A model generated the notes under the pieces. The model did not search any database. It was not told the DNA's origin and saw only the letters and a program-made list of their open reading frames with translations. The translations under genes were made by a program, and so were the position numbers. Positions 1 through 9,897 of a stretch of DNA of 64,000 nucleotides are shown here, piece after piece (the first letter of the stretch is position 1; each line of letters begins with the position of its first letter). The stretch is taken from NCBI GenBank assembly GCA_041674925.1, contig JBAYUW010000003.1:2042-66041 (forward strand), read 5' to 3'. Origin of the DNA: Minisyncoccota bacterium. Its GTDB lineage: Bacteria > Patescibacteriota > Minisyncoccia > Phycocordibacterales > GWA1-40-21.

Positions 1-1323
1 GATTTCTTGAAAAATCCGAAAAAGTTTTTGGATATTGGTGCGCGTATTCCCAAAGGTATTTTGTTGATGGGAGCTCCAGGTACTGGTAAAACTTTGCTAG
101 CGCGAGCGGTGGCCGGTGAAGCCGGTGTCGCTTTCTTTTCTATTTCTGGTTCGGAATTTGTGGAAATGTTTGTCGGTGTCGGTGCTTCACGTGTCCGCGA
201 TCTATTTAAAATGGCCAAGCAAATGGCCCCAGCGATTATTTTCGTGGATGAGATTGATGCCGTCGGTCGCGTGCGCGGCGCTGGTATGGGTGGGGGAAAT
301 GATGAGCGCGAACAAACCTTAAACCAAATTTTAGTGGAGATGGATGGCTTCGAGCCAAATGAAAAAGTGATTGTCATGGCGGCGACCAACCGTCCCGATG
401 TCTTGGATCCCGCTTTACTGCGACCAGGGCGTTTTGATCGCCGAGTGGTGATTGATTTGCCAGATCGCGCCGATCGTGAGGCGATTTTGCAAGTGCATTC
501 AAAAGAGAAACCATTTGCGGAAGACGTGAATCTGAAAGTGATTGCTGAGAGAACACCTGGTTTTTCTGGTGCTGATCTTTATTCCTTAATGAACGAAGGG
601 GCGATTTTGGCGGCGCGTGAAAATCGCACTAAAGTTTCTCAATTCGATTTGATCCGCTCGATTGAAAAAGTCATGATGGGTCCGGAAAGAAAATCTCACT
701 TATTATCTAAAAAAGAAAAAGAATTGACTGCCTATCATGAGGCCGGCCATGCGATTGTTTCTTCGGTTTTGCCTTATGCTGATCCAGTTCATAAAATTTC
801 TATCATTTCTCGCGGTCGTGCCGCTGGTTATACTTTGAAACTTCCGTTAGAAGACAGGAAAATGCAAAGTAAAAAAGAATTTTTGGACGATATCACGGTC
901 GCGCTCGCTGGTTATGCCACCGAAAAACTAATTCTCGATGATGTGACAACTGGTCCATCAAATGATTTGCAAGTTTCGACCGCGCTCGCTCGTGAGATGG
1001 TCACTAAATATGGTATGTCCGACAAAATTGGGGCAATGGCCTTGGAAGGAACTGGCGGTAATACTTTATTTGGTTCCCGTGGAGTGGGTGAAAATGAGTA
1101 TTCAGAAAAAGTCAGTGCTTTGATTGATAGTGAAGTCTCAGAAATTATGACAGCTTCGATGACTAAAGCTAAAGAAATTATCAATGCTCATCGTAAGGCT
1201 CTGGATGCCGTCGCTAAAAGATTAGTCGAAGTTGAAACCATCGAACGCGAAGAATACGAAAAAATTATTATCGCTCATGGCATTATGCCAAAGCAGAAGA
1301 AGGACATTGAGCATCAGGGATAA
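1..1323 (+). CDS. ftsH: ATP-dependent zinc metalloprotease FtsH (5' part outside window)
   Basis: Walker A GAPGTGKT, Walker [37 protein letters not shown] zinc motif. Confidence 0.97.
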   Translation, partial: DFLKNPKKFLDIGARIPKGILLMGAPGTGKTLLARAVAGEAGVAFFSISGSEFVEMFVGVGASRVRDLFKMAKQMAPAIIFVDEIDAVGRVRGAGMGGGNDEREQTLNQILVEMDGFEPNEKVIVMAATNRPDVLDPALLRPGRFDRRVVIDLPDRADREAILQVHSKEKPFAEDVNLKVIAERTPGFSGADLYSLMNEGAILAARENRTKVSQFDLIRSIEKVMMGPERKSHLLSKKEKELTAYHEAGHAIVSSVLPYADPVHKISIISRGRAAGYTLKLPLEDRKMQSKKEFLDDITVALAGYATEKLILDDVTTGPSNDLQVSTALAREMVTKYGMSDKIGAMALEGTGGNTLFGSRGVGENEYSEKVSALIDSEVSEIMTASMTKAKEIINAHRKALDAVAKRLVEVETIEREEYEKIIIAHGIMPKQKKDIEHQG

Positions 1324-1326
1324 AAG

Positions 1327-1399
1327 TGCGTGTGCTAGGACTCGAACCTAGGACCACCGAGGTATAAGCTCGGCGCTCTACCAACTGAGCTACACACGC
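1327..1399 (-). tRNA. tRNA-Ile, anticodon UAU
   Basis: Minus-strand cloverleaf GCGTGTG..CACACGC-A; anticodon arm CCGAG CT TAT AC CTCGG; T loop TTCGAGT. Confidence 0.93.
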
Positions 1400-1513
1400 A
1401 TCCGTCTCCGAATCTTATCTCAAAAAACCACTTTTCGCAATTAAATTTAACCCCTCGATTTATCCACACCCAAGTCAAATTTTTCGGTGTTTTTGTGTGT
1501 TAGGATACAAGGC

Positions 1514-1924
1514 GTGAAAAAAGATTTTGATAAATGGAATGAATTAAAGAAAAGGACCGACAATCTAAATGTGATAACTAGGATTCGTGAGGGTGAAGTT
1601 CGTTGGTGTATATTTGGTATAAACATTGGCAACGAGATTATTGGAAAAGGAGAATTTTTTAGACGACCAGCGTTGATTCTAAAAAAGTATTCAGGGGACG
1701 TGTTTTTGGGGTTACCGCTAACGACTCGAGAACACTATGGAGATTGGTATTATGAAATCATAGACAGAGATCTTTCTAGATTTGTCATCCTTAACCAAGG
1801 TAGGATCTTGGACAGAAAGAGGCTTGCCCAAAAGATATTTGAGATATCAGAAATTGAGCTTGAGAATGTCAAAATAGCATATTGTTCATTAATAATGAAA
1901 CAACATACACAACCTATGGTATAA
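1514..1924 (+). CDS. PemK/MazF-like toxin-fold protein, no protein antitoxin gene adjacent
   Basis: KDFDKWN..REGEVRWCIFGINIGNEIIGK..RRPALILKK..GLPLTT motif pattern; GTG start at 1514 chosen after a -10-like TAGGAT. Confidence 0.8.
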   Translation: MKKDFDKWNELKKRTDNLNVITRIREGEVRWCIFGINIGNEIIGKGEFFRRPALILKKYSGDVFLGLPLTTREHYGDWYYEIIDRDLSRFVILNQGRILDRKRLAQKIFEISEIELENVKIAYCSLIMKQHTQPMV

Positions 1925-2008
1925 ATCACAAAGACCGTCCTACGACGGTCCTTGAATGGGTAACCCCAACTTGTATTTAAAGTGTAGCAGATCATAGGTG
2001 ATAGTCAA
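1925..2008 (-). ncRNA. Predicted promoter plus ~50-nt small RNA convergent on the PemK-like gene
   Basis: TTGACT (2008-2003), 16 bp, TGC-TACACT (1986-1981); hairpin GGG-GTTA-CCC; terminator-like GACCGTC-GTAG-GACGGTC-TTTGT. Confidence 0.55.
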
Positions 2009-2100
2009 GTCAATAAAAAGTGGATAAATCGCCTCCCTTTTCACCCCTTGCATTTTTACTGGAGGGGGTAAAATGAGGGTATTATTAATTAATTTTAAAT

Positions 2101-2553
2101 ATGAAAAATCCTGAAAATAAAAATGAAGAGATGGTAAGTATTGATACAAGGTTAGCTGATGGGGTAAAATTATTAACTCAAACGACTAAACCCTTGTGGG
2201 ATGAAGTTAATGGTGTAAATATGTCTGAACAGAAAAAACGGCTATACAAAAGAATTTTTGCAGAGGCTTCTTTAGGTTTGAGTGAGGTAACCATGCATTT
2301 TCCATTTCCTGTGGAAAAAATAGAAAAGTATACAATGGAACACGAGAATGATGTCTTGGTTCAAGATGAAAAAGATTTTACTTACAGGATTCAGATTGAT
2401 CAGAATCAGGAATTTTATGAAGGTTTACTTGAATTAAAAGAGCTGGGTCAATTTAAAGTAGAGTTCATCAGTAAGAAGGGAGAATCCTCCTCTTCGTCTG
2501 ACGGTTGGGCAGTAAAAGAATCAGAATATTTAGTCGCAAGAATTAGCTGGTAG
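2101..2553 (+). CDS. hypothetical protein
   Basis: 150-aa ORF with upstream TAAAAT; no recognised motif. Confidence 0.65.
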   Translation: MKNPENKNEEMVSIDTRLADGVKLLTQTTKPLWDEVNGVNMSEQKKRLYKRIFAEASLGLSEVTMHFPFPVEKIEKYTMEHENDVLVQDEKDFTYRIQIDQNQEFYEGLLELKELGQFKVEFISKKGESSSSSDGWAVKESEYLVARISW

Positions 2554-2566
2554 TTCTCAAGATCTT

Positions 2567-4732
2567 CTACTCCAAATGCAACTCATCTTGTTTACGCAAG
2601 GTGAGTTTGGTGTTTAGGAGGGGATATTTGGTGAGGGTTTCGTCTTGAGAAAGAAGATACTCGGCTTCGGCGCGGGCAGCTTCGACCATTTTAATATTTT
2701 TGAGAGCTTCCATGCCAATGTCGGAAATACCCCATTGTTTGTTACCAGATAATTCGCCGGGGCCGCGCAGTTTTAAATCAAATTCTGCTAATTCAAAACC
2801 ATTACTAGAATTTTTAAAAGCTTTCAGGCGCTCGACAGTTTTTTGGGTTTTAGAATCGGCAAAAACATAGCAGTAAGCTTGATCGTTACTTCGAATCACT
2901 CGTCCGCGAAGTTGGTGGAGTTGAGCTAAACCAAATCTTTCCGCTCCTTCAATAATAATCACAGTCGCGTTTGGCACATTTACACCGACCTCGACCACCG
3001 AGGTTGCCACTAAAATTTTAATGTTACCTTTTTTGAACTCTTCCATCACATATTCTTTGTCGTCAGGCGGCATCTTACTGTGCAAGATGCCAATCCGGTC
3101 TTTGTACTCCGGAAAAACATCTCGCTCTAATCTCTCGGCTTCTTCCATCACACTTTTAGCAATTACAGCCTGTTCTTTGGTTGGATCTGGCTCATCGATA
3201 CGTGGACAAATGACATATAATTGTCGCCCAGCTTTTAATTCTTGCTTAATTTTTTCATAAGTATTTTCCCTTTCACCCGGTAAAACTATTTCTGTAATAA
3301 TCGGTTTTCTTCCCGACGGCATTTGATCAAGTAAAGTTAAATCTAGATCGCCATAAATTGTCAGCGCCAGAGTTCGGGGAATAGGCGTGGCGGTCATGGA
3401 TAATAAATGAGGATTAAATTTTTCTTTTTTGGCGAGTTTTTGCCTTTGAGCCGTGCCGAAACGGTGCTGTTCATCAATGATCACATAAGCCAAATGTTTA
3501 AACTTCACATTTTTTTGGATCAAAGCATGAGTACCGATTAAAATCGGAATCTCACCATTTTCCACCCATTTTAAAAGTTGAGGTCGAGAAATATTGGTCC
3601 ATTCTTTGGGATTAGTTTTCGAGGGAAACTTGCGACACTCTTTTCCGGTAATCAAACCGATATTAATATTTAAATAAGTAAAATATTGGATAAAACTTTC
3701 AAAATGTTGTTTGGCTAAAATTTCAGTCGGGGCCATATAAGCGACTTGTAGATGGCCAAAATCTTGTCCTTTCGGTCGAGAAGTGATAACTGAATAAGCT
3801 GTGGTGGCGGCGACGGCGGTTTTACCAGAACCCACATCTCCTTCCAGTAATCGCGACATGGCTTGGCCTTTTTTAAAATCCGACATGATGCTGTTGATTG
3901 CTTTTTGCTGGGCTTCAGTTGCTTGAAAAGGAAATCTTTTTACGAATTGCTCAACTTCGTTGGGAGTCTTTTCAATTACAAAAGCTGGTTCTTTTTGCCA
4001 CACTATTCTGTCCCTTTTTTTCTGAAGTTGTATGAGAAAGACTTCTTCAAAAGCAAATCTTTTGCGGGCCGATAAAGCGTCATCTTGTTTTAATGGCGCG
4101 TGAATCCAGACTAGGGCAGTGGTGAGAGAGGGGAGATTGTATGTCTTCAAAATATAATCAGGAATTGCATCACTTAAATTATCTAAAATTCCACTCTTTA
4201 AAACTTTCTGAATGGCGTGATAAATCCAAAGTGAAGTGATACCGCGACTTTCGGGATAGACGGGATACAAAGAGTGTACCTCGCCATCTTCACCAAACAA
4301 AGAGTCACCGACGCCGATGGGTAATTTGCCGACGGTTTCGATTTTTGGATTCACTAATCCCAGAATATTTTTTCGCTCGGAAACTTTTCCTTCGACGCGT
4401 ACCAAAGCCCCCTCCTGAATCATTTTGGCAATATAGGGTTGATGAAACCAGACGGCTTTAATTTTTCCAGTTTCATCTTCGATATAACCCTCGGCAATCG
4501 GAGTTTTTTTGATAAAAGCTTTACCGGTTTTTAAACCAGAAACTCTTCCAAATATGACGGCGTTTTCACCCATGACCAGACTTCCGATATTTTTCATCTC
4601 CGCCGTGTCACCATAGCGAGTAGGGAAATGATACAGCAAATCCTCGATGGTTTTTAGGCCAATTTTTTTTAGAGCCTTTTTCTGAAGCTCCTGGAGTTTA
4701 AAATGCTGTTCTATTAGATCATGTCTTTGCAC
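2567..4732 (-). CDS. recG: ATP-dependent DNA helicase RecG
   Basis: RLLEGDVGSGKT, MAPTEILA, IIDEQHRFG, SMTATPIPRTL, QLHQLRGRV, DLKLRGPGE. Confidence 0.96.
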   Translation of the reverse strand: MQRHDLIEQHFKLQELQKKALKKIGLKTIEDLLYHFPTRYGDTAEMKNIGSLVMGENAVIFGRVSGLKTGKAFIKKTPIAEGYIEDETGKIKAVWFHQPYIAKMIQEGALVRVEGKVSERKNILGLVNPKIETVGKLPIGVGDSLFGEDGEVHSLYPVYPESRGITSLWIYHAIQKVLKSGILDNLSDAIPDYILKTYNLPSLTTALVWIHAPLKQDDALSARKRFAFEEVFLIQLQKKRDRIVWQKEPAFVIEKTPNEVEQFVKRFPFQATEAQQKAINSIMSDFKKGQAMSRLLEGDVGSGKTAVAATTAYSVITSRPKGQDFGHLQVAYMAPTEILAKQHFESFIQYFTYLNINIGLITGKECRKFPSKTNPKEWTNISRPQLLKWVENGEIPILIGTHALIQKNVKFKHLAYVIIDEQHRFGTAQRQKLAKKEKFNPHLLSMTATPIPRTLALTIYGDLDLTLLDQMPSGRKPIITEIVLPGERENTYEKIKQELKAGRQLYVICPRIDEPDPTKEQAVIAKSVMEEAERLERDVFPEYKDRIGILHSKMPPDDKEYVMEEFKKGNIKILVATSVVEVGVNVPNATVIIIEGAERFGLAQLHQLRGRVIRSNDQAYCYVFADSKTQKTVERLKAFKNSSNGFELAEFDLKLRGPGELSGNKQWGISDIGMEALKNIKMVEAARAEAEYLLSQDETLTKYPLLNTKLTLRKQDELHLE

Positions 4733-4791
4733 TAGGGTATCTTAGCAAAAATATGTTACAATTAGAATGTTAATAAATAATTATAAATTAT

Positions 4792-5283
4792 ATGGAACTA
4801 GCTACTGTAGATATCTTGATTCGTTTGGTAGTCGCTTTATTACTCGGTGTTTTGGTGGGTGTAGAAAGAACTTTGGCGGGCAAAAATGCTGGCATGCGCA
4901 CTTATGCTTTGGTGGCCATGGGCTCGGCTTTGTTTGTTTTGGTGTCGCAAATTGTTTCCTTGCAGTTTATCAATCTGACCAATTTTGATCCTTTGCGCTT
5001 AGCTTCTCAAGTTTTGGTTGGTATCGGTTTTATCGGTGCTGGTTTAGTTTTTCATAACAATAAAGATATGAAGACTTCCGGTCTCACCTCGGCCGCTGGC
5101 CTCTGGGTGTCCGCGGGTATTGGTATGTCGGCGGGTTTTGGTTTGTTTTCACTCGCTATTATCGCCGCTCTGCTTACTTTGTTAATCTTTACTATCCTCT
5201 GGTATGTCGAAAAACTTTTCAAAAAGATTTCCTACAGTGATGAACAAGTCGAGAAAGAGAATTCGGAGAGGTTTCATGAGTAG
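4792..5283 (+). CDS. MgtC/SapB family membrane protein
   Basis: GVER..AGMRTYALV, DPLRLASQVLVGIGFIGAG, SGLTSAAGLW. Confidence 0.92.
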   Translation: MELATVDILIRLVVALLLGVLVGVERTLAGKNAGMRTYALVAMGSALFVLVSQIVSLQFINLTNFDPLRLASQVLVGIGFIGAGLVFHNNKDMKTSGLTSAAGLWVSAGIGMSAGFGLFSLAIIAALLTLLIFTILWYVEKLFKKISYSDEQVEKENSERFHE

Positions 5284-5292
5284 GGACAATTG

Positions 5293-6711
5293 TTATTTTT
5301 TGTAGATTCGATAGTGATAGCCATAGCAATCTCCTCTAGCGATTAATTTTAAATTGTCAGTTTTTATGAAGGTTTCTCCCCATTCTGATGGGCTAATGTT
5401 TAGAATATACTCATGGTCTTCTAATTGTGGGGTAAGATCGGTATTATAATCATTTACTAGTAAGGTGTCTGTACCAAGAATCTCCCTAAGTCTTTTATGA
5501 GCTCCGGTAATCGATCTGTGGTTTGGCACCCATTCATTTAACCATCGACTGGAGACCAAAATTGTATCAAGTTTTTGGTATTTTGAGATTACCGTTTTTA
5601 CGCTCTGTAAACACATTTGTTCTTTTATCTGATCGCTATTTTTTTTATTAATATCTGTAATATCTGACATACCAAGTAGTACTAATGTAGCGAAAACTAG
5701 TAATAGATATGCCGGGCGATATTGAGAGGAAATTCTTTCAAACATAAGACAAATGCATAAAATGAATATTGGATATACGATGAAAAAATATCGCCAAGCG
5801 AACAGGGGTGAAATTAAAGTGATGATTGAAGGTAGGACGAAACAGATAACTAAACCAATAATAATAATTTCTTCAACCATATACGTCTCACCCCCGCAAT
5901 TTTTTTGGCAAAAGTGATTGATGATAAAATATATAAAAAGAATTAAAAATGGGATCACGAGAATATCGTTAGATGACAGGGCGGCAAAGGTTGAGTAGAT
6001 GTCGCTAAGTTTTGTTGGGGGCATCCAATTACCATACGACGTACCATTCATTTTTCTCAAAATTTGTACACCAATAAACAACCAAACCGGCAAGGCCCCG
6101 ACCAGAATTATCAAATGATCTCGAATCGTATTTCTTAAATCGATTATCTTCTTTCTATATCTATATAAAATAACAACGTTAAAAAACAATAAAAAAACCC
6201 CAAAGATATGCGTGTAAAGAATACCCAAGTTTACAAAGATATATCCGAGGCGGGAGTATTTTTTCTTTTTAAATAGAAGACTAAATAGAAAATATAATGA
6301 TGCAGAAGCAAGAAGAAATAACAACGAGTACATCCTGGCGATTTGTGAGTAAGATACGTGAAAGATTGATAGGGAGGTGATCGCTGTACCAAGTATGGTA
6401 ATTCTCTTGTTAAAAAAAGTCATGCAGAATTTAGCGAAAATTATTATTCCCAAGAGTCCGAACAAGACGGAGAGAAGTCTAAGATTAATTTCTGACATTC
6501 CAAACAATAAGGTAAAAATTTTAGCAAGATAGAAATACAAAGGGACGTGTACATCGTTGTACATCTGAATGTTCATATCGACGAAGCCACGATTTACTAT
6601 ATCGTACGTATACCACTCATCATGGGAAAAGGGAAAATTTAAGGGATATATTCTAAGAAAAATCCCAAACGCTAAAATAATAATGATTGCGATATTGTAG
6701 ATCTTCTTCAT
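5293..6711 (-). CDS. GT-C fold multi-pass glycosyltransferase (PMT/ArnT-like)
   Basis: Many TM segments; FSHDE, HVPLYF, LRLLS, YSQIARMY motifs. Confidence 0.8.
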   Translation of the reverse strand: MKKIYNIAIIIILAFGIFLRIYPLNFPFSHDEWYTYDIVNRGFVDMNIQMYNDVHVPLYFYLAKIFTLLFGMSEINLRLLSVLFGLLGIIIFAKFCMTFFNKRITILGTAITSLSIFHVSYSQIARMYSLLFLLASASLYFLFSLLFKKKKYSRLGYIFVNLGILYTHIFGVFLLFFNVVILYRYRKKIIDLRNTIRDHLIILVGALPVWLFIGVQILRKMNGTSYGNWMPPTKLSDIYSTFAALSSNDILVIPFLILFIYFIINHFCQKNCGGETYMVEEIIIIGLVICFVLPSIITLISPLFAWRYFFIVYPIFILCICLMFERISSQYRPAYLLLVFATLVLLGMSDITDINKKNSDQIKEQMCLQSVKTVISKYQKLDTILVSSRWLNEWVPNHRSITGAHKRLREILGTDTLLVNDYNTDLTPQLEDHEYILNISPSEWGETFIKTDNLKLIARGDCYGYHYRIYKK

Positions 6712-7835
6712 TAATATTTATTTCTTAAAAAATTATACTGAATCAGAATAAAATCCCACAAAGTCAGCAAGGTGTCTCGTACGGGCCTAAGACTCGAGAT
6801 CCGATCATTTTTCCATCTAATTGGTACTTCTATTATTTTATAATCGTAGAATTGGGAAATTGCCAAAAACTCTAAGTCAAAACCAAATCTTTTAATTTGT
6901 TGCTTACTAAAAATCTCTTTGGCGACCTGGCTTTTTATGAGTTTGAAACCACACTGTGTGTCTTTTATGTCTCTAATTAAGGTTGAACTTAATATTGCGC
7001 CAACCTTGCTTATGATTTTACGATACAAAGGTTGTCTTAATTCTACTACACTACTTTTTAATTTTCTTGAGCCAATGACGACATCATATTCGTCGAAATA
7101 CTTATTAAGATTTATTAATTCCTCAATAGGGGTTGAACCATCGGCATCCATAAATAAAATATATTTGCCCGAGCTATTTTCTATTCCTATTTTGATAGCA
7201 CTACCCTTGCCCTGATTTTTTTTCAGATCTATTTTTTTAAAAGTTGCATAACTTAAAGTTATTTCGTCTATTATCTTTGAGGTATTGTCGTTCGAACCAT
7301 CATTGACGACAATAATCTCACACCTCGAATTGAAGTATCTTAAAAAATTATCAGTCAACCCTAAGGTCTTAGTAATTCGATTTTCCTCATTATAAGCTGG
7401 GATCACGATTGTATAATCAAAATCGTATCTGACTTCCGGAAACTCTTTTTTTGCAAAAACTTTGAAGGTCCAGTGTTTATTGCCCCAATAATTCCAATAT
7501 AAGACAAGTAGCGAGGTGATGATTTTGGCTAATATATACCAGAGGCCAAGTATCAAGTGCAGGAGAGACATCAACAGAAGCGTTATGTTCAATCCTATAA
7601 ATGAAATAATTAGGAATTTTAGGTATTGATGGTGATAGGCTTTATTTTTGTTGTTAAAGGTCCAAATCTTATTCCAGACAAAATTATTCGTCGCTGCTAA
7701 AATAAAGGATATCGTTGCCGCCAAAATAACTTGTAAATGAAAATATTCGACTAAAATGAATAAAAATGCTAAATCAATAAGGGTGCCTGTTACACCCACC
7801 AACCCATAACGAATCATTCTCTGAAATTCTCTCAT
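6711..7835 (-). CDS. GtrA flippase-like domain fused to GT2 polyprenol-phosphate glycosyltransferase
   Basis: N-terminal RYGLVG..NNFVWNKIWTF (GtrA); C-terminal IVIPAYNEE, VNDGSND, NQGKG, MDADG, DTQCGFK. Confidence 0.88.
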   Translation of the reverse strand: MREFQRMIRYGLVGVTGTLIDLAFLFILVEYFHLQVILAATISFILAATNNFVWNKIWTFNNKNKAYHHQYLKFLIISFIGLNITLLLMSLLHLILGLWYILAKIITSLLVLYWNYWGNKHWTFKVFAKKEFPEVRYDFDYTIVIPAYNEENRITKTLGLTDNFLRYFNSRCEIIVVNDGSNDNTSKIIDEITLSYATFKKIDLKKNQGKGSAIKIGIENSSGKYILFMDADGSTPIEELINLNKYFDEYDVVIGSRKLKSSVVELRQPLYRKIISKVGAILSSTLIRDIKDTQCGFKLIKSQVAKEIFSKQQIKRFGFDLEFLAISQFYDYKIIEVPIRWKNDRISSLRPVRDTLLTLWDFILIQYNFLRNKY

Positions 7836-7947
7836 ATCCGTACAATAATACCATTTTTGTACGAAATTCGTCCAAGAAAATATAACCATTGTTTCATTAT
7901 TATTAGCATGATACAATATGTTTATTATTTATTAACAAAATCTAATA

Positions 7948-8577
7948 ATGACCAGAGCTCAAAAATATATTTTACCTACAGTTTTACTGATCACGATTGC
8001 AGTCGGCGTATCGCTTTCTATTATAAGAAGTGAAAATTTTAATGATGCTGTTGATAATTTGGGTGCGGCGGTTGTTTCAAGTATGGGTTCAAGTAGCAGT
8101 AGTAGTGGGCCATGTTCTGGTGGCCGACCCTGTTGCGGCGGTAGGCCGTACTCTGGTTTCGAACGTTGTTGCAATGGCGTAATATACGATAGTGAATCTT
8201 GGCAGGGTATTAATCCAGATGGCAGTATCAGTGACCATGACCGAGTTTGTTGTGGTGGTAGGGTTGTGGTAGTTGGGAATGATAGTCGCTGGGTAGGTAC
8301 TATATGTTGTCAAAATATCAATACTGTTAAGACTTATAATCGTCGTCATTGGGACTGTAGCTCCACGGGGATATGCCTACTAAATGAGACCAGGGCTTGT
8401 GGTGGTTGCGCAAATCAGCCTAATCCACTAGAGGCACCTTATTGTATTCAGTTGAGTAATGCAGCATATATGGTTCAGCGAACATGGAATAACCAGACCT
8501 GCGCTTATAATAACCCACAATGGACTTCTTGTGGTGGTGGTGCAAGGTGTAATAGTACTGGGACAGCTTGTCAGTAA
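7948..8577 (+). CDS. Membrane-anchored or secreted cysteine-rich protein with CC repeats
   Basis: N-terminal hydrophobic segment, Ser linker, CCGG/CCNG/CCQ motifs. Confidence 0.7.
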   Translation: MTRAQKYILPTVLLITIAVGVSLSIIRSENFNDAVDNLGAAVVSSMGSSSSSSGPCSGGRPCCGGRPYSGFERCCNGVIYDSESWQGINPDGSISDHDRVCCGGRVVVVGNDSRWVGTICCQNINTVKTYNRRHWDCSSTGICLLNETRACGGCANQPNPLEAPYCIQLSNAAYMVQRTWNNQTCAYNNPQWTSCGGGARCNSTGTACQ

Positions 8578-8620
8578 TAGTCGATAGTCATATTTACGAT
8601 TGTCGTTAATACTCATTAAT

Positions 8621-8685
8621 TTCCAAATGATTTCTACAGCGATGGAAAAGTGGAGAAAGAAAATTCGGAGAGGTTTCATGAATAA
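8621..8685 (+). repeat. Degenerate copy of the mgtC 3' end
   Basis: Matches 5218-5283; encodes EKENSERFHE*. Confidence 0.85.
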
Positions 8686-8699
8686 GGTCTAATTGTTTT

Positions 8700-9104
8700 A
8701 TGTTACTAATTAAAACTTTTCTTAAAACTGATTCTTATGGTGGAATTGGGTTGTTTGCCAATGAAAATATTCCGAAAGATAAGCTCGTCTGGGAATGGAA
8801 TGATTTGGTAGATAAAATGTTTACGCCAGAAGAGTTTGATAAATTTCCACCACCATTTCAAGACTTTATCAAAAGACACGGTTATTCTCCAGCGGAAGAA
8901 ATTTTTGGCAAAAAGATGATCTGCATTAATTTAGACGACGCAAGATTTTTTAATCATCCTGATGATCCGAATACAACAGAGATTAAAGATGGTGTGATTA
9001 TTGCCAATCGGGACATTAAAAAGGGTGAAGAAATAACTTGTGATTATCGTCTGATTGATAATGACAATGAATTTTGTGGGAATTTTTTAACTAAAAGTAT
9101 TTAG
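8700..9104 (+). CDS. SET domain protein
   Basis: GIGLFANENI, ARFFNHPDDPN, IANRDIKKGEEITCDY. Confidence 0.9.
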   Translation: MLLIKTFLKTDSYGGIGLFANENIPKDKLVWEWNDLVDKMFTPEEFDKFPPPFQDFIKRHGYSPAEEIFGKKMICINLDDARFFNHPDDPNTTEIKDGVIIANRDIKKGEEITCDYRLIDNDNEFCGNFLTKSI

Positions 9105-9159
9105 CCTTTTTATACTTGTGCTGGCTGGAATTCGTCTTTCGACTAAAATTTGTTTATCA

Positions 9160-9188
9160 GAAAACTCGGAACGGTTTCATGAGTAGGG
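9160..9188 (+). repeat. Second, shorter relic of the mgtC 3' end
   Basis: GAA AAC TCG GAA CGG TTT CAT GAG TAG = ENSERFHE*, only synonymous differences from mgtC. Confidence 0.8.
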
Positions 9189-9257
9189 GATGATTGATAA
9201 CACCAGCTAAAGTTATAGTATAACTTTAGGCTTTGTTATTTGAGAAAGGAGCGTCCC

Positions 9258-9803
9258 ATGTTTGAAACGCTTAAGGTTGTAGTTGAAGATGCAATCTTGC
9301 CCCACGACAAAGATTTGATCTTGTCTGTGGTGGAAAGTATCGTGGAGTTAATAAACCAGAATCCATTCACTAGTCGAATCTGGTTTTTGCTTCTGAATCC
9401 GGAAATAGCTCAGAAGCCAGTAATAAATAAGAAGTCCGAACTTAAACCACCAAATTGTATCGGCACAGCACTCTTTGTCGCTGGGCTTGATCAGATTGGT
9501 TATCCTTACCATGCCTATGATGATGAACTTGGTGATCACACGGGGGAATTCGATCCAGAAAACTTGCAGGGGCGTTTGTTCTCGAGTTATCGTCGGTATC
9601 CAGAAAGGATGATCCCCGGGGCATTCTGCTTCTCGTACTCAGAGGACGCAGACTGTCACGCTGGTATATACCTCGGACAGGTAAAGGGCGAGCATATCTT
9701 ATTTGCTCAACATGGAGCTGGCGGAGTTTTTTGTGTTGAAACACTAAGTGGAAATTACACAAGTCCCGATTTCTACATTCCTGCAACGTTGCAAAATCGA
9801 TAA
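9258..9803 (+). CDS. hypothetical protein with own promoter, SD and terminator
   Basis: ATG after AAGGAG; TTGATA..TATAAC upstream; hairpin plus T-run at about 9829-9860; NC..H motif suggests papain/NlpC-like fold (weak). Confidence 0.65.
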   Translation: MFETLKVVVEDAILPHDKDLILSVVESIVELINQNPFTSRIWFLLLNPEIAQKPVINKKSELKPPNCIGTALFVAGLDQIGYPYHAYDDELGDHTGEFDPENLQGRLFSSYRRYPERMIPGAFCFSYSEDADCHAGIYLGQVKGEHILFAQHGAGGVFCVETLSGNYTSPDFYIPATLQNR

Positions 9804-9897
9804 TCTGGTGTCGTCCAGACATTGGAAGAAAGGCATTACGCTTCGCGTTGTGCCTTTTTTGTTTGAAAGAAATGGAGGGCTGGCTGGAATTTCTTCT

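Noticed and set aside
1460-2030. Replication origin from DnaA boxes
   Set aside because: Boxes are isolated rather than clustered, and there is no dnaA/dnaN context.
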